A stretch of DNA of 17,583 nt. It comes from Neoechinorhynchus agilis. Lineage: Eukaryota; Animalia; Acanthocephala. Positions 8,796 through 17,583 of the stretch are shown in pieces; the stretch's first letter is position 1; every line of letters begins with the position of its first letter. The notes under the pieces were generated by a model, which was not told where the DNA came from, did no database searches, and was given only the letters and a program-made list of their open reading frames with translations. Location of the stretch: assembly GCA_051530055.1 (NCBI GenBank), contig JBMGUZ010000057.1:1-17583 (forward strand), written 5' to 3'. A program made the position numbers and the translations under genes.

Positions 8796-11405
8796 TTAAC
8801 AAAAGTACAAGAGACCACTCAGGCGATCGCTGAGTGAATGAGTAAGAAACTTCAATTTCTTCTCTGTAGGTTTCACTTCGTGGCTCACCTTTTCATCTCC
8901 ATTTTTGACAACCAAGTCATCTTCATAAAAATAATCTCGGACTGTCGGATCGCAGAGCTGCAAAAATTCTACATAATGTCTCGCCCGGAAAGCGACGTGA
9001 TGGGCATAATAACAAGGTGCCGGGATTGAGACTGAACGAAAGCATTTAGCATACAAATGGCACAAATTAAAAGTTACTTGCATAAGATTATTCTCATTAA
9101 ATCCAATGGAATCATAGATTAATCTGTACCGCGTTGGTCTCGATGTTCCTTGGATTCCCGCGTGGCTCACCAGAAATGCATCGACTATGGAATCCATGCA
9201 GACTTCTGGGGAATATACGGTTCCGGGAAGTTGATTTCCGTTGCGATCGCCGTCTCTTCGATCAGAAGGGAACATTCGGAGATGATGCCGCTTCTGGACG
9301 ACAACGACGCTGAGTTTAATCTCGTTCCCCATTCCTTCTTTTCGATAGGCTTCTATTATGCCATTGACTTCGAATCGATTGACTAAGTCGAGTTGAGTAT
9401 CGGAAACGCCATCTCGGTACAAAAGGATTCGGTCCGGCAAACATTTGTTTCGCTCTCGATACTTTCCCAGTATCCTTCGCATTATTGTTTCTAAGTTATA
9501 AACAATTTCTATACTTGACTTTGAAGCTTGAGGATTTTTCTGAAGGGAAATCTCGGTAATATCGGAATGAGGAACAAAGTCAACCGAAGCTACAACGGCG
9601 GCTATCGAAACTCGGTTAAGGTGTCCTTGACTATTCAGAACCCGATGGGTAACATCGAGACCGACAAACATGGTCCTTCCGTAATTTCCAATTTGTGGAT
9701 TAAACTTAAATGGCACTGGATTTCGTGTTAGACTCACGTTAACACCGCCGAGCTTTGCACAAAGTTTGTTACAAATATTTGCGATAACCTGACCGTCCGG
9801 ATTACCGCTCCTATCTCGTCTTTTTATCGCTTTGTCAGTGATGAACTGAGTAATCGATCCGCTGACTAGTTCCGCAGCAGCCTTAACTGCTGAATATTGG
9901 TAGTTGTTCCGTCTTGCAAAAAAGAATGTCACTTTTGTAGTATTTCCTGATAAGATATATCGAGGAAATTGAACGTTGAATTCGTCTCGATGCCACATAT
10001 GACGATGTCCATTTTCAGTCAGATCGATTCCATATCTTCGTGCCGTTTCAATCAGCCTCTTTAAGAATTGCTGGACGCTATCCTCGTCTATTGACAGATT
10101 ATCCGGAAATATGTAATAAGACCATTTCAAGTCTTTTCCAACTCCTTTAAAGAATGAAAATTCTTTACCGGCATTCCAGGCTCCATGATGCCTCTGATAT
10201 GTTATTTGACCTTGAGAATGATAAATCATTGGTATCGGTAAAAGACCGGCATCGACTACAGCCATACGATCGGATACTTCGAGTCTCCATTCTTTAAGAT
10301 ATTTCGCACACTCGTTGTTCTTTTTTGATTGCAAATACATTAATTTCGAATCAATATTAAACTTCCTCTGAGTCGGAGAAAGTGCTGTTCTTTTAATAAC
10401 ATCCGCCATTTGATTCTTAAGTTCTTCGTTCTGTACCTTTCGTGCTGCGAGATATACAAGTTCCAATGGAACTACGGCATTTCCTCTTTTACCCGTCGCA
10501 ACGGTCACAAAATGAGGCAAACAATCATGGCCGTAATGTTTTTTGAAAAATTGACCAACGCTAATATTCGAGTGACCATCGTCATTGTTTAAAACGAATT
10601 TGTATTCAAAAGGTGATTCCATCTTAAAGGAATTAAAGGTGGCGTACCGCTTATGCTTCCCTTCCGAATCATATTTTACAATGATCTTTGTTCGGTCCTT
10701 CAAAAGTTCACTAACCGATTGTAATAATTGAGGATTAGTTTTGTTGGCGGTTAAATCGTCTTCCGATATTCCTTTTTTCCGAAGGAAATCAAGCAACGAT
10801 ATTTCGGGTGCGATAACTGCATTTGCGACATCGACATTCAATGCTAAAGCGTCGAATGCAATCACGGCACTGGCGAAGATTCCGTTAAAGAGTCCTTTGA
10901 ATGAATCGAGTCGATGAGCAGGTGGATCATTTGAAGGAAAAAAAGATCTCCCAAAGATAATTAGAAGATTCGATAGTGCGAATTTAAAGACAATATCGAT
11001 TATTGCCATCTGCGGACGGAGTGCAACAGATTTTCCGATCATGTTTCTTATCAATACCATGTCCTGCTCCATATCGATTTCATTGGTTTTCTTAAATATA
11101 ACAAAATACTTTTCAGAGACGAGTATTGAACACTCATCGCTGCCTGTTGCGAAATCGCTTAGTGAGTAAACCACACGACCACCGTCGTATACAGTTCGGT
11201 ACTTGAATTCTTTTTCACGATCATTTGCCATTTTCAATATCGCTTTTTGAATTATAATTCGCTGTTTCAATGAAGATAAGACGTTTTCTCCGTTTGGATT
11301 ATTGACACCCAAACCTCCATCTTTATCTTCAATCTTCACGTCGTACTGCTTTACTCTGAAAGGAGTTGAATTGGTCAGTGGAAAATAATTGATCATCATT
11401 TTCAT
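8796..11405 (-). CDS. ago: Eukaryotic Argonaute (AGO-like; N, PAZ, MID and PIWI domains) with DEDH catalytic tetrad
   Basis: INYF; PAZ ISVGQFFKKHY...VPLELV; MID YSAVK, TQ, AKLGGVN; PIWI MFVGLDVTH, EIV, LYRDGVS, QKRHHLRMF, GNQLPGT, SHAGIQGTSRPTRY, SVSIPAPCYYAHHVAFRAR; C-terminal LYFC. Tetrad in ORF numbering is D584/E633/D665/H802. The frame stays open upstream to 11483. AATAAA is at 8792-8787. Confidence 0.97.
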   Translation of the reverse strand: MKMMINYFPLTNSTPFRVKQYDVKIEDKDGGLGVNNPNGENVLSSLKQRIIIQKAILKMANDREKEFKYRTVYDGGRVVYSLSDFATGSDECSILVSEKYFVIFKKTNEIDMEQDMVLIRNMIGKSVALRPQMAIIDIVFKFALSNLLIIFGRSFFPSNDPPAHRLDSFKGLFNGIFASAVIAFDALALNVDVANAVIAPEISLLDFLRKKGISEDDLTANKTNPQLLQSVSELLKDRTKIIVKYDSEGKHKRYATFNSFKMESPFEYKFVLNNDDGHSNISVGQFFKKHYGHDCLPHFVTVATGKRGNAVVPLELVYLAARKVQNEELKNQMADVIKRTALSPTQRKFNIDSKLMYLQSKKNNECAKYLKEWRLEVSDRMAVVDAGLLPIPMIYHSQGQITYQRHHGAWNAGKEFSFFKGVGKDLKWSYYIFPDNLSIDEDSVQQFLKRLIETARRYGIDLTENGHRHMWHRDEFNVQFPRYILSGNTTKVTFFFARRNNYQYSAVKAAAELVSGSITQFITDKAIKRRDRSGNPDGQVIANICNKLCAKLGGVNVSLTRNPVPFKFNPQIGNYGRTMFVGLDVTHRVLNSQGHLNRVSIAAVVASVDFVPHSDITEISLQKNPQASKSSIEIVYNLETIMRRILGKYRERNKCLPDRILLYRDGVSDTQLDLVNRFEVNGIIEAYRKEGMGNEIKLSVVVVQKRHHLRMFPSDRRDGDRNGNQLPGTVYSPEVCMDSIVDAFLVSHAGIQGTSRPTRYRLIYDSIGFNENNLMQVTFNLCHLYAKCFRSVSIPAPCYYAHHVAFRARHYVEFLQLCDPTVRDYFYEDDLVVKNGDEKVSHEVKPTEKKLKFLTHSLSDRLSGLLYFC

Positions 11406-11496
11406 CGACTTATTTAATTTAATTTTTGAACAGTAAGCATTTTTTGGACGTGTTTCAACGCTGCATTCTTGTCGCAGCGTAATTTATTTCTAAACC

Positions 11497-11697
11497 CTAA
11501 AAATCATTAGGTTTAAAAATATGGATCGACATCACTTCTTTTGCAATCAAGCCTATGAATTTATGGGATTCATCTATCGACATATTAATTATTTTGCTTT
11601 CTTCATTATATTGTCTTTGTGGTTCTGCATCGTTTCCCCTTTGACCTTGATTTCTCTGGTACCGTCCACGGTTTTGCCATCTCCTTCCTCGATCCAA
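11497..11697 (-). CDS. Candidate RG/Q-rich N-terminal exon of the Argonaute, lacking an ATG
   Basis: (TTG)DRGRRWQNRGRYQRNQGQRGNDAEPQRQYNEE... lies 92 nt upstream of the AGO ATG in another frame. The low-complexity RG/Q content is typical of Argonaute/Piwi N-termini. The splice junction was not resolved. Confidence 0.5.
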   Translation of the reverse strand: MDRGRRWQNRGRYQRNQGQRGNDAEPQRQYNEESKIINMSIDESHKFIGLIAKEVMSIHIFKPNDF

Positions 11698-11752
11698 TTT
11701 TATGTTTGTTTATCCTACAATTTTCTCTCTATATCATCATGAATGCTAACCG

Positions 11753-12409
11753 CTATCCAAACCAGTGGATTTTCTCTAATTTTTTAATCGTCAACAACAT
11801 AATAATCGAAATTATAGCAGCGATTTTATATTTATGAGGCGCTAAAACGGAATAAAAACATGTAACGATCAAACACGCCATACCACCTTGGATTCCGTGC
11901 ACGAATCGAGAAATATAAAACAAAGAAACGCATCGCTTATAGTAGGACACGATGATGAGAATAGCAAACAAGTAAGTGAACGGGTAATTGGCGTAGAAAA
12001 TCCTTCTTCGGTCAAAAAATCGGGAACATTTTAGCCAGTATGGGCCTGTTATAGCTCCAATTAAATTACCAACCACGAACAATGTTTGACTGATGCCATT
12101 GATGAGCTCTTGTACAAAGACTTGTCGGTCAAATTTCTTCTGCTCAAGCTTATCCAGATCACTATTGTCCTTCGTCCCGTCTGACTTAGTAGCACTCTCA
12201 TTGAATGAAACGCTTGCCACGTTCGGGCACTTATTCTCTATACGGAAGGTCTCTTCATTCACATCACAGAGTTCGAACTTCTTGTCCAGGAACGGTTCAG
12301 TGAACTTCGAGTATTGATTGGGCGCACCTATTCCGTAACCAAACATGAAACTGGCCGAGATACACGAAGAAACCAGGTATTTGGTCCATTCAGACTTTTG
12401 TTTGACCAT
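11753..12409 (-). pseudogene. N-terminal fragment (about TM1-TM4/5) of an MFS GLUT/SLC2-type sugar transporter
   Basis: ATG start; SFMFGYGIGAPN (compare SFQFGYNTGVIN); large first loop; LFVVGNLIGA...FDRRR...SRFVHGIQGG...LAP. No sequence for the remaining TMs exists before the Argonaute. Confidence 0.75.
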
Positions 12410-12840
12410 TGCTGTAGGTTTTGTTCTGAAAAATCAACAAAAAGTGAATCGATCGAAGAGAATTATCCTAAGGGGTCGGATAAAAACCAGAAAAATAATG
12501 AAACAACAATCTATAGCACGTTCAAAATAGCAAAAGTTAAAGAGGTTTTTTGCACAAGGTTGCACTTTTCTATGTATGAGGTTAAAACGACAGTCTCACA
12601 TATGTTTAAGGAGTTGGTTTAGAATCAAATCGTAGAGCAAGAAATGTGAACTATTGTAGACATGAAACGATAATCCCCCGACGCGATCGGTACTCATTGC
12701 CATAAATGATCCAACACATGAACTAAATAAAGACGGAATTAGGTGTCATTGCTCAATATAAAAAGGTCTTTCCGAAAATCATTTCGGGGGGATTTCTTAA
12801 AAACCCTTAAAAAATCGCTTGGCGCACACCACACACACGT

Positions 12841-14923
12841 TCACAACCTATGTTCACCGTCTCGCTTGTCTTCGATCGGTGAGCTGTTTCCCACCTTATT
12901 CCCTTCCTCCTCTTTTCCGGATTCAGCTTCTTCGTCTCTGTACTTTAAAAAGTCTCCGTGAATCCTGCTCTCTCTCTGATTACTATCTTCGATCGTATAT
13001 GAAACAGGGCCGCTTCTATCCGTTATCTCGCCTTCGTTCCACGTCTGATCAATAGGTCTTTTAAACCAAATCGCTTGTCCTTTTTCGTTTTCCCTGAATT
13101 TCCTCTTATGGTCATCTTCCCTCGCATACCTTTCCGCGACTGGCTCGTGGTTTTTTAAATTATCGGAAATCGAGGGCAATTGCCGTCCCATCATAACGCG
13201 CGCGGGCGAAATCCCTGTCGTACCGTTCTCCGTATTCCGATAACTCAACAGAAAATCCCAAAGCTCTTCTTGTGTCACCTTTCCATCGTCGCTCTTGGTC
13301 CTTCGTTTGAACGTTCCCACCATACGTTCCATGAGGCCATTCGTTTGCGGGTGGTGCGGACTTGTTGAACCGCTCTTGATTCCTCTATTCGAACAGAATT
13401 GCTCAAACTCTTCCGATTTGAATTGAGGCCCGTTGTCCGTGATGATTGTATTGGGCACGCCAAACCTCCCAAAACAATCTTTAAGATTGTATATGATATT
13501 CGATGTAGTCGACTTTTCACCCAAATTCCATATCTCCACCCATTTGCTTGTAGCATCAACCAGAATCAGGAACATCTTGTTCTTTATTGGGCCCGCCAAA
13601 TCCAAATGTAACCGGCTCCACACACGGCGTAGTATGTCCCATCTGAACAGTGGCTCTTTCGGCATCGCGGGTCTCGATTTTTGACAATGTGTGCATCTTC
13701 CCACGTACCTTTCAATGTCGTCCCCAATTCGTGGCCACCACACAACATGTCTACTGAGTCTTTTCATCGACTCAATTCCCGGGTGTCCCTTGTGGAGGTT
13801 TTCCATTACCTTCAATCGCAAACATTTCGGAATAACGAGCATATGTTGATATAACATGAGGCCGTTTTCCTCCGCCAATCCGTCCCTCCGGTTCCAGTAT
13901 GCATCATCAACTCCGTCCATTTTAGCTGACCAGCCGTATTTCAATTGCTGCCGCAGCTTTTTGAACGTCCGATCCTGCTTAGTTGCTAACTCGAGCGTTT
14001 ATCGCGACAACTGTATCTCCTCAACGCGTTGCTGGTGATTTGCAGCTAGTAACTTTACATCTACTGAATTAACAGTAAATTTCTTCTGATCGTTCGGTAA
14101 CCTCGATAAGCAGTCAGCATACAAATTTGTTTTTCCTTCAACGTATCTTATATCGAAGTTATATTCGTTTAGCATTATCGCCCAACGCACTAACCTTCCG
14201 TTGGTCATCTTGCTGAGGTCCCTCTGGTACCCGAATATGTGTTTTAACGGTTGGTGATCAGTTTCTAGCACAAAATATCGCCCATAAAGGTATTTATGAA
14301 AACGCTTGATTGCGTGCACGATGGCTAAGGCTTCTTTGTCTATGTTAGCATATCGCACTTCCGTGGGATTAAGTTTTCGTGACGTCAACATAATTGGCGC
14401 TTCCCTGGGTCCACGACCGTCGGCCTGAAACAAGGCGGCTCCAATACCATAGTCACTTGCATCGCACGCCAAAATTAGTGGTTTCTTTTTGTCATATAAT
14501 TTTAAAGAAATGTGATTCGCGATAGCTTCCTTGACGCGCTCGAACACCGCTGTCTGCTCCTTCCGCCATATCCAAAAAGCTTTTGTCTTTATCAAATCAT
14601 ATAGGGGTGTGCAGATCGCCTAAAAGTTCGGAATAAAGCGATCCAGGAAGTTCCCTAAAACGTACGCAGCTCTCGTTTGTTCCTGGGTTCCATTGCTCTT
14701 TGTAAGTCATCTACTTCTTCGCTGTTTGCACACAACTTGCCATCAACCAACATATGCCCAAAATATTTAACCACTCTTTCAATGAACTGACATTTTTCTC
14801 TTCTAACATTTATTCCGACTTCTTCCAACTTCGTCAACACCGTATTTAGGTTTTGAATATGCTCCTCGTCGTTCGCGCCTGTGATGATAATATCATCCAA
14901 ATAAGCTTTGGTTGAAGGTACGC
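12841..14923 (-). mobile_element. Ty3/Gypsy pol 3' part: RT C-terminus, RNase H and integrase, degenerate
   Basis: AYLDDIIITGANDEEHIQNL...REKCQF...YFGH; RNaseH LACDASDYGIGA...YANIDKEALAIV...ETDHQPL...RWAIML...ADCLSRLP; integrase HKGHPG...WWP...CTHCQ, LHLDLAG, TDNGPQF, NGLMER. Lesions are a frameshift at ~14657, an in-frame TAG near 14620 and an in-frame TAA at 13999-14001. Confidence 0.96.
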
Positions 14924-15144
14924 AACTCTTGACAGGAATTCTTGAATTTTTCGTAATATCTAATTTCTATGATGCAAAATTTTTGCAGATGGCAATCTTT
15001 CATTGTGATAGGCAAGGAATTGAGTTTCTGTATGTGAGCCAAGGAGCGAGAGAGCAATCTCTGCTTCGATGGTATTCTATTTTTTCTTGTTGAGCGGATC
15101 AAATTCCGAGGAATATTCTTATTACTTAATATTTCGTGGACAAA

Positions 15145-16190
15145 ATTCACATCTTCAGACATCTACAAGATTTGCAAAAATCAGCGACGCTGGTATTTGT
15201 TGATTTCCGTCGAGCTTTCGATTCGGTAAATCGAACGATGATTGGCGGTATCTTAAAGGAGTGTGGAATGCCGCCAATCATTGTCACATCCGTTATGGCA
15301 TTATATAAAAACACAAGGTCCGCCGTCAAGACAGCTGACGGTTTGACAGAATACTTTTCCACTACTTCAGGTGTTCTGCAAGGCGTCACATTGGCGCTTT
15401 TCCTCTTCATCTTGGTGCTTGACTGGGTAATGGGATGGGCACTGCCGAATGGTGAAGATGGATTTCTTCTATTGAGGAAAAGGGGTCGCAAGTGTCCAGA
15501 GATACGCGCCTCCTACATGGCATATGCCGACGACATCGTATTGATGCCCTCAACAGTCGAAGAAGCTCAACGCATGCTAAATGGACTGTGCGAGAGGGCG
15601 AGTATGATTGGTCTGACCATCAACTCAAAAAAGACGGAATTCTTGACCTCTGGCGAAGGGCCGAATGGCGTTGGGCAATTAAAACAGACAGAGTGGTATG
15701 TCTATCTGGGAGCTGTCGTTCCTGAGGTGAGTGCGGATGTCAGCCGACGGAGAGTTATAGCTTGGAGAGCAATGGGACAACTTAAGCCACTGTTTGACAG
15801 TGAGTCTTTGCCAGATGAACTCCCTTCGCAGCTGTTCAGGGCTCTAATTGAGAGCATTCTCTACTACAATGCAGAGACCTGGACACTGTCACCAATGGCG
15901 ACGAGGCAGTTGGACCAAAATCATTCATCTCTCTTACGTGCGGCGTTCAAGGTCAGATAAAGTGGCCAACAAAGCACTGTATAAGAGAGCCGGAGTCCAA
16001 CCGCCCAGTGAATATTTGCGCCGCGGACGACTGCAGTTCACGGACAATATAATTCGGTCCTAGGCATCTTGCCCACAGGTCGTGCAACAGTTAATTTTCT
16101 GGAAGCCAACGACATTGTATCTTAAAGGCAAAGGGAACTGTCGTACATACGATGACCTGATTTTAAGAGACGCGAATTGCCCGCATAACA
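15145..16190 (+). mobile_element. 5'-truncated RTE-like non-LTR retrotransposon reverse transcriptase, degenerate
   Basis: LVFVDFRRAFDSVNR...GVLQGVTLALFLF (consensus GVLQGDTLAPFLF)...AYADDI...GLTINSKKTE...YLG...LYYNAETWTL; a frameshift near 15958, then ALYKRAG...RLQF. The right boundary is approximate. Confidence 0.9.
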
Positions 16191-16735
16191 GGACTGCTGT
16201 CGTGTATTTTATATCCCTTGGGGAGTCTAATTCAATTTGACGGGCTTATACCTACGATGCAACGTAGCAAAGTACCGTTGCATACAATACAATTAACGCT
16301 AAATCCTCGCAGTGTGCATAATTCTAACTTTTTTTTGAAATTAATCGGCATAATGCGGACTTCATTCATGTAACTGAACGATCAAATGAATGTATTTTAT
16401 TGAACAACATAGAAGGGCACTTAGGAATATGCTTCCCGTATATCATTTAAATAACGGACACATGAGTTCAATTTTTATATAACGATCAACATTCTTTAAA
16501 GAAATCAACAATTAAAGATCTTTTAATTTTTCACCTCACATTCATAAAATCCAAGCTTCGTCAATGGAGAACAATTCTTTGATTTCCGTAGCTTAACATA
16601 TTTCACACGTCTACCGATTCGATTTCATTGGAAAAAACCGATAAATATTTTATTTGTTATTTCATAAAATTATCAGCTACGCTAATACCAATGAAGTGAT
16701 CCGAGAAATGCATCGATATAAAACCGATAGCGTGA

Positions 16736-16749
16736 GTAACCATGGTAAC
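16736..16749 (+). promoter_or_regulatory. Candidate RFX X-box
   Basis: GTAACCATGGTAAC fits GTHNYYATRRNAAC and lies 36 nt upstream of the ATG at 16786. Confidence 0.45.
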
Positions 16750-16785
16750 CGAGACATCTATTTTATTTACAAATAAAATTATCGA

Positions 16786-17583
16786 ATGAATTCTGACCAA
16801 CCGTTGGACGTCCCGGAAGCGATTGTTAATCACATATTAAGATTGGCACTATGGAGATTTCATGCAAAATCACATAACAAGGGTCGCTAAGTCCAATGAC
16901 ACTCTTTTGTCCGTTCTCTGCTTTGTGAGTAAACTGGAGGTCTAAGTTCAACACTTCATTTTCCTCACGTATACGGAAATTATAAAATGAAACTAAAACT
17001 CTTCCTTACGAAAATATATTCCTAGAAAGTAGCATTAATAACGAAATTTTACCAGTAGACACTTCACGGAATAACACCACCATGGCCAAGAGATTTACGA
17101 AGGTTTCGAAAACTATAATTTGTATATTACGAACGATTGGAGTTATTCGTTTGATGACAAATGTTACGGAATGCGCCGTCTTCAATTCAACAAAGTCGAA
17201 GAGTTACATAGCAAAAGGACGAAGTTCAGAGAGTTAAATTTTATCTGTAATGAGGGCCTTGCAATACGGCTCTGGTTTAGAAACCATAATCTAAGGAAAA
17301 GAGGTGACGGCTGGGCAGAAAGTGTATTTCGAAAGCATTGGGTATCGCAACTGCAACTTTGTTCTTTGCTACTTCAATTTTAGGTTGGATTTCAATATGC
17401 AGCCATCATCCGTGGACACGAGTTCGGGGTACGAATTTCACCATTAGAATCTTCGGCCACTCATCCAGGAATCAGACATCGCCTCTGCCTCCGATTTACT
17501 TCCCTTTCATTAAAAGTGAGTTTCCTTGTTTCTTTTATAAAATTCCTTTCGTTAGAAAGACTAATAGGCATGTTGCTGGTAAT
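16786..17583 (+). CDS. Probable 5' part of a multi-exon host gene for a membrane protein, running off the window
   Basis: ATG 16786 opens MNSDQPLDVPEAIVNHILRLALWRF. GTGAG donors occur at ~16924 and 17516. The open frame 17308-17583 has hydrophobic ALGIATATLFFATSILGWISIC followed by NFT/NQT sequons. The exon structure is not resolved. Confidence 0.35.

Noticed and set aside
8796-11405. Prokaryotic Argonaute defence operon with RT/nuclease partners
   Set aside because: The motifs (SHAGIQGTSRP, PAPCYYAH, KLGGVN) are eukaryotic AGO-type. The neighbours are eukaryotic retrotransposons and a GLUT, and there are polyadenylation and splice signals.
11444-11456. 13-bp match TTGGACGTGTTTC to the reverse complement of the LTR remnant
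   Set aside because: A few 13-mer matches are expected by chance in 17.6 kb, and the match does not extend.
12420-12840. 3' LTR or polypurine tract after the integrase
   Set aside because: No clear purine tract plus TG start and no similarity to 626-803. The small hairpin CCGAAA-ATCA-TTTCGG is too short to interpret.
14924-15162. ORFs 14893-15162 (-) and 14908-15093 (+)
   Set aside because: They run across the Gypsy and RTE junctions and show no recognisable homology.
626-16190. flamenco-like uniform strand bias of TE fragments
   Set aside because: The fragments lie on both strands, and the orientations are better explained by inversions.

Overview
AT-rich eukaryotic (probably animal) DNA, roughly half of it decayed retroelement sequence from four groups: Ty3/Gypsy LTR, CRE-like non-LTR with a restriction-like endonuclease (RLE), Penelope-like, and RTE-like. 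At the centre is an uninterrupted 869-aa Argonaute ORF (- strand) with an intact DEDH slicer tetrad. It lies just downstream, on the same strand, of a truncated GLUT-type sugar transporter ORF and a Gypsy RT/RNaseH/integrase fragment. Two retroelements are each split into halves on opposite strands. The Gypsy pol halves (1-625 +, 12841-14923 -) share an exact 47-bp inverted overlap, and the CRE-like element has its 5' half on - and its 3' half on +. This suggests two nested inversions with templated sequence at the breakpoints. Other features are a minimal hammerhead ribozyme in the Penelope 3' end, an LTR remnant with a tRNA-Leu primer-binding site, a tandemly duplicated coiled-coil gene with one dead copy, and a candidate RFX X-box before a gene at the right edge. 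All calls come from motif recognition by eye; no database searches were run and the organism cannot be identified.
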